A DNA stretch of 64,000 bases from Trichosphaerium sp. ATCC 40318 (Eukaryota > Protista > Tubulinea). The stretch is taken from positions 1-64,000 of the forward strand of contig JALMLS010000403.1 in NCBI GenBank assembly GCA_038496445.1. Reading direction: 5' to 3'. Of the stretch, positions 37,583 to 55,307 are shown piece after piece (position 1 is the stretch's first letter; each line of letters starts with the position of its first letter). A program made the position numbers and the translations under genes. The notes under the pieces were generated by a model. The model saw nothing but the letters and a program-made list of their open reading frames with translations, searched no databases and was not told the DNA's origin.

Positions 37583-39300
37583 TTAGAGAAATACAGCAAC
37601 GGTTCCAAGAGCAACAACCATTGGTAACAAGAATATCTTAGTTAGGAAGAAAAATAAGATACCAAGAGCAATAGAAATTGGTAAAGCTGGTAAAGCTTTC
37701 TTTGCGAATGCAAGAAGAAGAATAGTCATAAACAAGCCCTAAAGCACTCATTAAGCCAAGCTGAACAAAAACACGTTTTCCATGTTTTACGCACCGTTAT
37801 AACAGCAATAAAGCATGTAAATACAGTCAACATATCGAATAGAGCAGCTCTACCAACGAGTACACTGTAAAATACAAAATCGCCAAGACCAAGCTTTACA
37901 CCTCTCTTCCTCTCAGGTTGGTCATTCTCATCTTCATCACCTTGTGCCATAAACATCCATGCAGATGCTAGAGACAAGACGTCAGTACTTTCTTTCATTA
38001 AAAATAGGTCTATGACACTTACCACTGTAGATAAGCGCAGGTATAGGTTCATCACGCTCTTGTGCGGTCTCCACCAATATTTTTAGAGGCCCTTGAGGAC
38101 ATAAAACGGCGAATAAATCATAAATCTAAACGGTGTTACTAAAAATTGAGGAACGCTTTACAATACCGCAATAGCACCCAGTAAACACCAAGTAGTCCAT
38201 TCTGGAAGCTGTGTGAATACAGTTGCCTTTAAAGAAAAAAATCAATACAAACGCACTAATGAAGCTCAAACAGCGTCGTAACGTACCAAAATAACAGAAA
38301 CAGCAATAAGATATGCTTGATTAACGCGAAGGCTTGCGTGCCAGAACACTGACACTAAACCTACTGCAGCAAAGTTCCATGCAAGTATAGCTGTCGTTAT
38401 CCAATCCAAAGGGATGTTCAGTGATTGCATTGTTACGCTCATTGAGTTAAGAACCATTTTAAAACATTTAGAACGCCTTGAAGTTGGAATAGAAATAAAA
38501 AAAAAAGCAAATCATCACAACCCCAAAAAAGGAGCTCGTGATCTCTTTCCAAGCGTCATAGGATACTAGAATAATCCGCCGCCAAATAAGCCAAGCATCA
38601 TACCTGTCGATAGCAATAGCCATCCGTAGATAATCTATAGTTTGGGGTGTTAAAGAAAATTCCAATCTTGTATTTAAAATAAATACCTTTAAACATCGAT
38701 AATAATATAACGCAACGAATACAACCGTAACCAGAATGATAATAACAACAAAAGCTATCGCGTTTACGATTGCTTTACCTAACTTTGCCCAAGTGCTATC
38801 TCCAGCTTGTTCTGCATAAGGTAGTGCAGATCTAGACGTATTAGAAATGCCAATAAACGCGCCAAGTACCCAACAGAGTCACCACCAGGAATATGTGCTG
38901 TGCGCACTATAAGTATCACAATAACCATTGTAATGGCGACAGGCACGAGAATTTGCATAACGGTTTGGGCTTGGTCTTCAATTACTTCGCCGTCCTCAAA
39001 AACTTGCCTGTTCGATATTAATAGTTACCGCTTTATCAAAATTTTACCTTCTTATGCTGTTTGGAGCTACATCATCATTTTCGTCAGCTTCTGTTGTTGG
39101 TTCGACAAGTGGTGATGCGTCAATTGTTTCCTTATATTATTAGACGCTAAACAAAAACGTTTGGGGAGAAACCATCGCACTTCAAGTTCAATTTGCTCAA
39201 CCTCGTCGTCATCCTTCTTTTTATCATCAATAGGGCCAAGAAGAATATCACTCTTGTCTGGATTGTCCAGAAGGCTAACGTTTTCCTCTGGATCGGCCAT
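37583..39300 (-). CDS. PSEN: Presenilin (gamma-secretase catalytic subunit)
   Basis: [39 protein letters not shown] (GxGD), ALPALPISI. Confidence 0.95.
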
Positions 39301-39388
39301 TTTGTCGACTGTCAAATATTCTGACCCAGACGAAGGTTGACTTGCCCACAACTGTTTTTTTGCTTAGACACTTTACAATGACACTACA
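39301..39388. promoter_or_regulatory. 88-bp divergent intergenic region between presenilin and MLH1 (candidate bidirectional promoter)
   Basis: Head-to-head ATGs at 39300 (-) and 39389 (+). Confidence 0.5.
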
Positions 39389-42300
39389 ATGAAACCAAAG
39401 GGGCAAAGGAAGATACTCAAACTTGATCAGACTGTTGTTAACAGAATAGCCGCTGGTGAAGTGTTACAACGACCAGCAAATGCCATCAAAGAGTTAATGG
39501 AGAACTCTCTAGACGCTGGAGCCACCAATATTTCAATTCTAATAAAAAGTGGTGGTTTAAAGCTAATTCAAATAAAAGACAACGGACACGGCGTTTCTGT
39601 GCGTTTATGAGCGTATAAGACTACTTTTAACAAAACTTCAGAAAGAGGACTTACCTTTGTTATGTGAGCGCTTCGCAACATCAAAACTGCGCAATTTTAA
39701 CGACTTAAAAACAATAGACACATACGGATTTCGAGGTAATTTGTTTACTTCCTCATCACTTAATTGACTTGTAAATGCGTACAGGAGAAGCTCTTGCCAG
39801 TATATCTCATGTGGCTCATATAACAATAACGTCTATGCCTCCAGGACAGAAATGTGCATACAAGTACTCAAATTTTTTATTCTCAAAATTCTTCAGTTGA
39901 ATTAACTGTTTACTCTTTCAGAGCAAAATACAGAGATGGTAAGTTGATTCCACAACAAGGTAGGAAGACATCAGATCCTGTACCTTGTGCTGGCGTTAAG
40001 GGCACTCAAATTTCGGTTCGTTAGCCACGTGGTGTTTGTCTTTTATTTTTCTTGGTATGTTTCTCATTAGTGGATCTTTAGATTGAGGATTTGTTTTATA
40101 ATTCGTCTGCAAGGCGTAAAGGCATGAGGGATGAGAACGCTGAGTATAGGCATATCGTTGATGTCGTTACAAAATATGCTCTACATAATACAGGCGTAGC
40201 ATTCAACCTTAAAAAGGTAGCAACACTCTCGCTTTTTTTTGTTCACGCCAGACATTTCTCATTTTTTTCTTGCTTAGAAAGGCCAATCTAAACCAGACGT
40301 CCATACGTATGACTTGACTGTGTTACACTTTATACTAATGTTTTTGAATACGTAGAATGAGACACAACACATTAGTTACTAATACAAAAATACTATTCGG
40401 ACAAGATGTAGCAAAACAAATGACAAAAATTGAATACAAAGAAGCAAGTCATATTAACTTTGAGTTCGAAGCATGGGTATCAAAACCTGGATATAATGCT
40501 AAAAAGAATGTCTTTGTTCTATTTATTAACCGTACGAGTTTTTAATGAACAAATATCACGTGACATTTTATATTAATGCAAATGTTAGAAAGACTTGTAA
40601 ATTCTCCTGCTGTAAAAAGGGCAATTGATTCAGTGTATTCGTCCTACATGGGAAAAGGTTCTATTATACTCTATGTTGTTATATTTATTGTATTTTTAGG
40701 TAAACATCCTTTTGTTTATATGTCATTAAAGATGCCTGCGAATCACGTGGATGTAAATGTGCATCCAACAAAAAGTCAAGTTGGGTTTTTGAACGAAGCA
40801 GAAATAATTAGTAAAATTCAAGAAGTGTTTGAAGAGCGGTTAGATGCTGCAAATGTACAACGAACTCTCTATACGCAGGTATCTCATATATCTTGTTAAA
40901 CCACCAAACAACTCATTAACAACGTAGACATCCCTCAGCGATACAACTAAGGCAGTAAAAAAACCTAAACTAACAACAAATGATAGTCAACCAAAGCCAA
41001 TAGCACAACACAAGGTATGCAACTCATAATTCTAATTTCTTCACAATGCCTTTAATGACTTTTGTTTTTTGTCTACAGATGGTTCGTACTGATTCAAGAT
41101 CACAAACAATGATGTCATTCTATGATAAAAAAAGTACATCACTAAAACGTAAAAATTCTGGATCAACACTAGTCAGGTAAAACCATCCCACTACAGTACT
41201 ATCTTTGTTTTTTCTTCATCATTCTATTCAAAATTTTCTACACTATCATATGTAGTATCCATCATCGATGATCAGAAATACTTCTTCAAGAGGAGATACA
41301 ATTTATTTTTGTGTTGACGATTTGCTAACAATTTTCTTGCAAGATCTACTTCAGATTTGAAGAAAAGAAAATTAGACGTGGATAGCAGTATGAGTATGAG
41401 TATGAGTGTTGATGCTTCACTTGATGAAGCACTAGCAGGTGTGAACGATTTAGATGATGATGAGCCAGGGATCTCGATAAAACCTCAAATAAAATTAAAA
41501 AATAGGACAAAAGTTCAGTTTACGAGTATCCTCAACCTTTTACAAGTACGAGTTCCAAATACACTATACCAATGCCCACTAGTTACTAACGGTTGTTTTT
41601 ATTGTGTTAGGCATGTCAAGAGAAGAGTCATGATGGTTTAAAGACAGTTTTTGGAGATTATTCTTATGTCGGTTTTATAAAGCCAAATCTTGTTGCTTTA
41701 CAGCACTCAACTAAACTTTACCTTTGTGATATTACATCAATAAGCAAGAAGCTTATATATCAAGAGTTTTTGCATAATTTTGGAGAATTTGGGGTACGCA
41801 GTATTACTTTAGAAACAATAACTTAAATGCTTCTTGAAAACAAAACAAAAAAAGAGTTTGAACTATCATGATATTTTTGAGACTTACAAGGCTTATAGAC
41901 GATATCCTTATCGAGCGGTGCACCCTTGAAAGTTCTAATTCTATTGGCTCTCGAAGATCCTGAAACAGGATGGGATCAAGCTGATGGCTCAAAAGAAGAA
42001 ATAGCTGCTGTATGAAAACACCTTCTTTTTATTTAAACAACTAACATTTTGTGGCACAAAATAGAGTATTGTAGCAACATTGATGCAACGAAAAGATATG
42101 CTCCATGAATACTTTGCAGTTGAAATAGACGATGACGGTGTACGTAATACTTTATTCTAGTATCTCGCAAACAACTCAAAAAAAGCTCAAAATTCCCTTT
42201 CAATGAACTTTGCACTAACCTCGTCAAAGGTACTCCACAGTCTCCCTCAAATCTTACCGCATTATGTACCTGATATGCTAGGATTAGCAATGTTTATTTT

Positions 42301-42556
42301 TCGCCTTGGTATGGAAGTAGAATGGGGAGAAGAACGAGAATGCTTTCATAGTGCAGCAAAAGAATTTTCTAGATTTTATTGCTTACACCCAGTCGAATCA
42401 GAAAATCAATACGAATCACGTTGCGAACTTGTAGAGCACGTGTTTTTACCTATTATGAGACAAAGATTTTTCCCACCAAAGTCATTAGCGAATAAGGGTA
42501 AAGTTGTTCATGTTTGTAGTCTTTCAAAGCTGTATAAAGTATTCGAGAGATGTTGA
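39389..42556 (+). CDS. MLH1: DNA mismatch repair protein MLH1
   Basis: [50 protein letters not shown]-terminal LYKVFERC. Confidence 0.97.
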
Positions 42557-42715
42557 TAGAGAAATGCTGAATAAAGAAGGAAAAAATGTATTATTTGTAC
42601 AAGTGTTTTTGTTTACTTACAAAAAAAGTTTGAAAATCATCAACACGTGGTTGTGTATGTACAGGCGCAATAGCTGTGTTTTGAGTTTTTGTGGTTATGA
42701 TCTTGATTGTTCTGT

Positions 42716-44746
42716 TTACATATAGTGGTCTCCTTTCGTTTTTTTGAGAAAGGCGTCCAGAAAGTGGTCAGAACTGTTCGGGTTTTTTTTTGTCTACTTT
42801 TCATTGGTTTTTTTTCTAATCAATATGTATGCATTGTGGTTGTTGTTGTTGTACAGGAAGACCAGACCATCCTCCTCTTGGACCATAAGACATTGATTTA
42901 TCGTAAGATTGTGATCGTGGACGCTGTTGTTGGTGCTGGTGAGGAGAAGGAATATAAGCTTGATGTATTTGAGGTTGAGGTTGCTGTTGTGGTTGCTGTT
43001 GGTGTTGTTGCCAAGTAGCTTGTATATTAACTTGTTGTGCGTATGAAGCATTTGTTTGTATTATACGCTAAAGAAAAAAAAGTGTGAGCACGTGCCTTGG
43101 AGATGAAAAAAACAAAAAAACCAGAAAACAAAAAGAAAAAACTACGTACTGTCATTAGAACATCTCTGTTTGTATAAATAGGTGTTTCACCACGTGTTCT
43201 TAAAATCTGAAAAAGTATTTTTGTTGGGACTTGTAGAAGCTCTTGTCGTGTCCAAAAATGAGATGCATTTCTTTTAGCTTGTTCTATAGATACATTAGTA
43301 CTCATCAAAACAACAAACTTGAGTAAGAAGTAATCACGTTATTAACCGTGAACAAGAGAAAATGAAAACGAAAAAAAATTACCTATTTCTAATTGTGCGT
43401 CGTAGAACTTTCTAACTGAAGGTAGACGACCACCATGATCTTGTATGTGATTATTATTGGTTGGTTGCTCAACAATCTGTCCAATAGAAGGTAGACTAAC
43501 TGATGATATGTTATTACTCTTCGAAGTATTTGGTATATTCGAATGAGAAGAAGGGGCATTAACATTTGTATTAGGATTAGCAGAACCGACATTTGTCATT
43601 AAATTATTTATCTCATAAGCTATAGCCAATACTGCATTTTGATTCTGTGGACCAGCATTCATTTCATCTCTGCATAGAATATAAAAGTCCTTGAGCACGT
43701 GGATTGCATGATCTAAAAAAAGAAACAAAAACGTCAGCAGTTTTTCAATAAAATTGCCAAAAAAAAACGGAAAAAAAACAACTATTTTCGCGCTTCGCTC
43801 AGAACCAACCTCATAAAAGTGTTCACAGAATACAGTTTTACGCTTTTGTTTCCGTAGAGTAGTTAAACTACGAGCTCAAACCGGAGTATAGAATTTTCTG
43901 AAAAAACCAAAAAAAAAAGGCAAAGGAAATCTCCTTTGTTTTTGAAGTACTTTTTGGCTTCAGCCTACGTACTTGTCTTTTGTGAAATGGCGTGATTACC
44001 AACACCGAGCTCATTTGTGATTTGAATTTGCATTTGAACTACAGCAAGAAGCTGAGCATAATGAGAACAAAGCTGTGTAAGACGCTCATCTTCAACTGGA
44101 ATTAAACCTCCACTATAAGTTTGTCTCAGTTGCCTCATCAAGGATGTCATATAAGACGTCAATGCCTCGCTAGTGTTCTATAAACGCATGTGAGATATTA
44201 TAGACTAATAATAAGGTCTTACGACAAGCTGATGGAGCACGAAGGGATCTGACTTTGTTGTTGTGCCAAAAGGGTATTTAGGCGGTTCAATAGCTGCTTG
44301 TGACCTTATAAAAGGTAAGTACATGGTTTAAAATGACGTAGATGGACGAGAACGAAATTTCCAAAACATTTTTGTGTTTTTTGATTAAAACTTTCTACGT
44401 TTTCACACTTTACTTTTCTAAATACGCACAAAGCTTTACTCTCTAACACAGTCTTTTTAGTGTTATATTTAGTGCACGATCTGGTACGCTTACTCCTTTT
44501 TCCGCCGTGTTTTCGTACTTCCCTATTCCCGTATCCACCGTGTGTTCTAAGCACATATAAGTTATACGCACATAAAACGAAGGCCGGAAATGACTTTATG
44601 GGGTTTTTGAGCGAAAACAACAAAAAAGTTGAGTAAATAAGACAGAAAATACCGTACGGTTGATCTACTGTAGGCACACAGAACTTTGTACCACTTTGAA
44701 GGGCTATTAGCATCTCTGCGCCACATTGTTCTACTTCTGTCGCCAT
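42716..44746 (-). CDS. Hypothetical protein (helical N-terminus, possible SAP/HEH-like motif, Q-rich tail)
   Basis: Exons with GT-AG boundaries join in frame; FWTRQELLQVPTKILFQILRTRG resembles a helix-extended-helix motif. Confidence 0.55.
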
Positions 44747-45583
44747 AGTTGTTTGTTTGTTTAATTATGTGTTTAAATAGTAAAAAAAAAGAGCCGGACA
44801 AACGTGTGCTTGTGAGTTGCTGTAATGTTGGTGTTCGTTCAACAAAGAATGTCTCAGCAAATTGGGAACAATGATTCTTGAATAGGAAATAGGTGTCTTT
44901 CGGCATCGATATTGTTGGGTGTGTTAAAGGGAAAACAAGCGCTATGGATCCTTTATTTTACGGTTTAAGCAAAAACCAACCATAACTGTTTACGACGCAG
45001 TAACACCAATCAAACGTACGCTATACGTACTTGTACGTGATTTTAAGCGTACAACAGGCAATTTACTATGTCTCCTTTTCTATCGTACTTTTGAAGAAGT
45101 TCATGCACAAACCGTGCTAGGTGCTCTTTGGGCGAATAGAAATCAAACACGTGAGGAACAAGGCGGTATGGCCGAAAACACACGAAAAAGTGTACAAAAA
45201 GGTGTGCAGTGTTAAAGGACGGAGATACTATGGTTGTTTTTAGTTGCACTACACTTCATTAATAAAGATCTATGGAGGTACTAAAAATGACAATTTAAAC
45301 AAAATTCGGACAGATTTGATAGCAAAAAAGAACAAGTACAAAAAGGGGTTTAAACCAACACCAATCAAATATGACAAAACCTATTCAACTAAAAAAAGCC
45401 GAAGCCTTAAAAAAAAAAATGTACAAAACTTTAAAAACGTACAACGTTATTAATAATAGCTACGTACAACAACAATAAATGGTATCGCCATTAAGGAGAA
45501 ACTATCAAAGTTCCACAGTTAAAATAACCGCAAAGGGTTGATGGTCGTTTTTTCTGTTTTTTACGCAGTTTCTTTGATTAAAG

Positions 45584-47576
<1,993 letters not shown>

Positions 47577-47958
47577 GTGCAACCACCAGTGCGTACTAGG
47601 CTAGCGCTTGCTCGTTCCAGTCTATATGCGCGTAAAATTCATTAAACGACTTCTCGCTGTGCGTCGCAAGCAAAGTCTCTTTTTGCCTTCGCGAAAAAGA
47701 CGAAATTTCCTGAGCTACACATTTTGAAACTAAAGCGAATTGATACTCCGCAGTTATACTACGTAGCGCTTTGCGTTGGGTTTGGCTATAAAAATTCGCT
47801 TGGTAAGTGCCTAGTCATCAAACGCTGAATTACTCAGACCGTACGCACATTAAATTTACAACACTGCTTGCCTTCGCCCGTTCTGTGACGCCTGCACAAT
47901 CCGGTAATTCTTTAAAACGTGCTTAGTATTTTATGACTGGAAAGCACCATTTCCCATA

Positions 47959-49308
47959 ATGTCTGAGAAGTCTGGAGTGCTGTCAGCGCTTTACAACTAT
48001 TGTGATGGACTAGTAAAGTATTTTGCTATGAGTACGCTTAAATGCGGACCAATACCCAAGCATGTCGCCATTATAATGGATGGTAACCGCCGTTATGCGC
48101 GAAGACGAAATTTGGCAGTATGGAAAGGACATAAAAGTGGAGAACAGGCTCTGGTGAAGGTACAGCGCCTCTACATACCATAAAAACATGATAAAAACGT
48201 GCTTTTTACATAAAATTACCCAAACGGGCCTAACAATTGTTTAGACACTTAAACTATGCTTGGAGCTTGGCATAGAAACCGTAACAGTATTTGCGTGGAG
48301 TATTGATAATTTCAAGCGACAGAAAGAAGAGGTGAATAAAATAATGGCTATGGCTACAAGAAAGTGTAGGCAGCTTATAGAAGACGAGTACGAAATCATT
48401 GTATACTTTTCTGCGCTAAATGACACGGAACAGTCACCTATCAAAGAACAATCGTATACGCATATTCGGTGATACTTCTCTACTACCAGAGGAATTACAG
48501 CGTGCTATGGCAAAGGCAGAGTTACTTTCAAAAAACAACACAAAGTACGCCTTATTTTATGCTTCTATAGCGTCTATGGTGTGCTTACTAATGCTGTAGA
48601 TCTAACCTGAATATTTGCTTTGCTTATAAGTCAAGTTACGAGATATACAAAGGTTGTAGAGATATTGGTGTTGCTGTAAACAAAGGGAAATTAAAAACAG
48701 AAGATATCTCACTTCCACTATTTGAACAATTTTTATACTCTCATGGATGTCAGGAGCCTGATATTATTATACGTACTTCTGGAGAAACGCGTCTGTCTGA
48801 TTTTATGCTTTGGCAGGTATGTTATCAACGAAGAAACCAGAGAAATTCAAAACCTCTAAAGAATTTTTATTCATTTTTGTTTTTAGGGAGCTTACTCATG
48901 TGTGTTATATTATGATGTGTTATGGCCTGAATTTGGTCACTACCATATGTACAGAGCTATAATAGAATATCAAAGAAACTTTGAAGTAATGCAGGCACGT
49001 TTAGAAGGAGTACCAGAAAAGCTCTTTAAAAATTCTCATAATTTTCTGACACTTTCTTGAAGGAGCGTAAACGACTTTACAAACAGGCAGCGGAAAAACA
49101 GCAAGATGATCATGACTGTAAAATAATTAAAGATAGATTAGCAGCTGGAGATGACTTTGAAGCTTCTTTAGCCGATTTTAGAAAAAGACGAGATCTGCGC
49201 GTCTCACAGTTCATAAATGATTTGAGAAGTAAAGAAGATGAACGAAAATATGAACTATCAAAGTATTATGTCGAAGACATATCAAACAAACTAAAAAAAA
49301 CATTGTAA
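47959..49308 (+). CDS. DHDDS: cis-prenyltransferase (dehydrodolichyl diphosphate synthase)
   Basis: GPIPKHVAIIMDGNRRYAR, FAWSIDNFKR, PDIIIRTSGETRLSDFMLWQ, LWPEF. Confidence 0.95.
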
Positions 49309-49620
49309 ATAAAGTAAGTCTTCAGTTAGCTCAATCGTCACGTGATTTTTTTGGCAAGTGAAAAGAACTTGTTTTGCGTGCAAGAAGAAGACTGCGTTTT
49401 CTCGCGGGATTTCAGCCCCAATGCGAGTCAACCACATTCTTACAAAAAATAATAAAACTCGTGGCTGCCTGTACCAACCGTGTTTATTGTCCAATATATC
49501 TATTACGTGACAATATAACTCTATCCGAGTACTTTTTCTCAAAAATAAACCCACAGTGTTTGATATAAAAACAAATCAAGGTTTCACACTATAACGCTCT
49601 AGAAGATAATTTAGCATCCA

Positions 49621-50676
49621 ATGACTCATAAATCGTCAAAATATGGGTTCTCTTCGGCAAATGCTACCGTTTATACTCTGCTAGACCTTCCCTTTGATAT
49701 TCAACGGTATATGTGCGCTTTCAACGAGGAAACGTTCTCAAAGTTTCATGTACTCTCGAAAAGAGCTGCAATGAACACTCATTACAATGCCAACCTTGAA
49801 AAAAAAGGCAAGTGGATGCGTTGGTATGAGAGTGGCCAGATATTAAGTACTGCGATGATTAAGGATGGTAAAAGAAATGGAGAAACCAAGGAGTGGTATG
49901 AAAATGGACAACTGGAGGGAGTCGTCATGTTTGTTAATGGTAAGGAAAGACAAGTGAAGCAGTGGAATGAGAATGGACAACTTTGTACAGATATCACCTA
50001 CGTCAATGGCAAGCAAAACGGACAAGTGAAGCAGTTTCATGAGAATGGACAATTATATGCGGCCCTTACCTATGTAAATGGTAAGGAACATGGAGAATTG
50101 AAACAGTGGAGTGAAAATGGTACTCTGTTGTTACTTGCTAACTTTGATAATGGTATACAAATTGATGCAAAAAAGTGGCATGAGAATGGACAGGTTCATA
50201 GTTATGCTCCGTTTGTTGATGGTAAACAACATGGAGAAGTTAAGAAGTGGAGCGAAAATGGGACACTAGCATTAAGTGCCAAATTTGACAATGGTAAAAA
50301 AGTTTATGCAAAAACCTGGCATGAGAATGGACAGGTTAATACTTACATTTTATTTTCTGATGGTAAACCAACTGGTGAGTGTAAGCAGTGGCATGAAAAT
50401 GGGCAACTTGCAATGCAAATGACATATGAAGATTATAAGATAAAGGGTGAGTGTAGGCAGTGGTATGATAATGGACAACTCTCTTTAGTAACTACATCAA
50501 TTAATGGCAAAAAAACCGGTGAGTACAAAGAGTGGCATCGTAATGGACAACTTGCTGTACAAACAATATTTGCTGATGATGAACTAAACGGTGAGTACAA
50601 ACAGTGGCATGAAAACGGACAACTTGCTAGATGTACATTGTACAAAGATGGTGAAGAAATAACTGGGGACATCTAA
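49621..50676 (+). CDS. Intronless F-box-like + MORN-variant (YwqK-like) repeat protein
   Basis: LLDLPFDIQRYM followed by ~12 repeats of W(H/Y)ENGQL....(Y/F).NGK..G..K. Confidence 0.85.
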   Translation: MTHKSSKYGFSSANATVYTLLDLPFDIQRYMCAFNEETFSKFHVLSKRAAMNTHYNANLEKKGKWMRWYESGQILSTAMIKDGKRNGETKEWYENGQLEGVVMFVNGKERQVKQWNENGQLCTDITYVNGKQNGQVKQFHENGQLYAALTYVNGKEHGELKQWSENGTLLLLANFDNGIQIDAKKWHENGQVHSYAPFVDGKQHGEVKKWSENGTLALSAKFDNGKKVYAKTWHENGQVNTYILFSDGKPTGECKQWHENGQLAMQMTYEDYKIKGECRQWYDNGQLSLVTTSINGKKTGEYKEWHRNGQLAVQTIFADDELNGEYKQWHENGQLARCTLYKDGEEITGDI

Positions 50677-51413
50677 GAGAAGAAATACCTCAATGATTTT
50701 CCTCCAGTGTAAAAATAAAAGTTGTTTTTTTCCACATTCAGATATTTAGTGCCTTGTACACAGCAAGGTGTATGTACTAAAGAACATTGAGGAAAGTTAT
50801 GTTGGCTGCATGTGATGAAGAACTCGCACAAGTACAACAAAGTGAAATATAAACATAGGGATTACTCTTGAAGGGCTGCCAGAAATACTTTGAACAAAAT
50901 TGTATGCACGTTTTGGATTATCCGTTTTATCTCTGGATACAGTTGAAACCAATAAGAATTCTTCGGATACTAACACATAGTAAATAAACAGAATGAAATG
51001 AAGCCATTCGATCTCATATTGACAATTTGTGATTAGTTATGCCACACGAGGGTCATGAAATCGAGAACAATAGATGTGCTACTAATCTTAAAAAACCAAC
51101 ATTCTGAGATTTGTTCCTACTTTCTCGTCTGGCACTGACAAATCACATGATCATACTGAACCAACAGCAACATTTTGTTGTTTGAATAAAATAAACTCGA
51201 AAAAAAACAAGCTCCACCAGAAATAGTTTTAAAGTTAATTTTATTACATCTTTATAAACCTAAAGTACACATAGGGGTTGGGGTTTTTTGTATAATGATA
51301 CAGTCTAAACAAGACCCACTTTTTCATTAGGCTTAAAAAAAAGCCTTCAGAAAAGCGATCAATGTCCGGAAAAAGGGCTGGTTTATAAAAAAAAAGAATG
51401 CAAGTGCTTGAGT

Positions 51414-52456
51414 TTATAAGCGCTTGAGGCTTCTTTTTTGGTTTCTCTTATTACGGTTCTTGCTTGTAGCTTTGCGTTTACCAGAGGCAGTACTCTTAGC
51501 ACCTGTTTCAGACGCAGCACCACTATAAAAAAAAACACGTGTTAATTGAATGAAAAAAACGTGAAGTGTGTTTCGTCATTAGGGTTTAACGTACGTTTTG
51601 GTCTTTTCTGTTGATGTCTTAAGACTAGGCGCATGGATTTTTGTCATCATGGCGGCATGTTTGCAGTACTCTTCGAACAAGATGTCAGGAGATGTCAAAT
51701 TCAAAAAAACCCAAATGGAATTTGTAAAGCGAGTTATTTCGTTAGAATAAGAAACAACGTCATTACTGATGTACTAGTAAGCTTACCTGAGTAGTTTTCT
51801 TGCATTAGACGAGAAGCTTCTGGATTAAGAGCGGAATCTGGGTTAGGGACAATCAAAAGGCATTTAATCGTCTAGGTAAAGCAGTTAGCGTAGAACTAAG
51901 TGATCTAAAGTGAATCTTACCAAAAGAATGTGTTTTATGCCGAGATCTTGCTTCCAATCCTTTTTGAGTGTGTTTACACAAATCTCTCCCTTAGCAGATA
52001 CGTTTGGATGGTATATTTTTGTTACAAAGAAGCCTACAAGCGAGAACAATCAGATTTTCATTTTTTCAGTTTTTTTTTGTTTACCTTTTGGTGGGCTTGC
52101 AGGATACTCAGATCCTAGCTTCAGCTTGACACGAAACACTCCTCCGTCGTAAGGTGTGTCGCCTTCATTGGATAATTTAGTAAATGTGCTACAAAGCTTT
52201 ATAGCTTTAAAAATACGTACATGGTCCTTCAATGGTTGCGTTTATCTCTGTTATGTCGGAACTGATCAAAATTTAGAAACAAAACGGTCAAAAAACGACG
52301 TACTCGTTTGGAACAACTTTGATACCTTCCATTGGACTCTGTGCGAATTGTTTCAATTCTTTAATCACTTTACGTAGCACGTTAGGCTTTATATTTTCGT
52401 TATTTGCCTATTAGTGGTTAGAATGCGATCTACAAGCGTGGATGTACCATCATCAT
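51414..52456 (-). CDS. UBE2S: Ubiquitin-conjugating enzyme E2 S
   Basis: [46 protein letters not shown], basic tail ending KRSLKRL. Confidence 0.92.
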
Positions 52457-52842
52457 GTTGTGTGTATCCTGTAACGGTTATGTAAATTTGTAGTAAGGCG
52501 GTAAACTGGATTTTGCCTGTTAAATTCCATCACTACCTTCAAGCACAATAACACTTGTCGTAACCAACGCAATACGCTGGCACCACTTCTATGATACAAC
52601 TGCCTGTGTTATTCGGCGCTGCCTGTCGGTTTAAAACATCCTTAATCGGAATATCAAAAAAACAGTTGTTTCTGGGTTGTTTTACGTGTGAAAACATTAC
52701 TGGCTATTTTTAAAAGTGTTCCTAGCTACTTTTATTCAAATTTTTTTTTCTATCTTTACAAACGATTCTCTCTTTTTCTTCAAATCTTCTTGCAGTTTGG
52801 GCCTCTGGATTACTGTTTTTTGCGCCAACAGTCTTATGGAGT

Positions 52843-55001
<2,159 letters not shown>

Positions 55002-55307
55002 GGTGTTGTGGTTTAATGGGTGAGTTTTATTTGCGTCTGTTTTACCTAAAAATGTGATTTACAAAGTCTTTGCCCATCTCATCTTCAAAAGCAATCAAAG
55101 CACAAAAGTACACCGCCATCAAAAAAAGAACGCGAAAAACGTTACGTATAGCTATGAGGAGCAAAGAATTATTTTTTTTATTGAGGGAGATTGCAGGTTT
55201 TTTTTTTCGCTTTCAGAAAAAAGCATGAAAATAAGTTGACTGGATACGTCCTCCAGCGATTTTTTGTATTATACATTATGCTGCATTCAATGCATTGATT
55301 CACGTTG

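Noticed and set aside
50780-51180. Possible C/D snoRNA (gtgatga) or pseudogene downstream of the MORN gene
   Set aside because: No suitably spaced D box or terminal stem; reading frames are short and unrecognisable.
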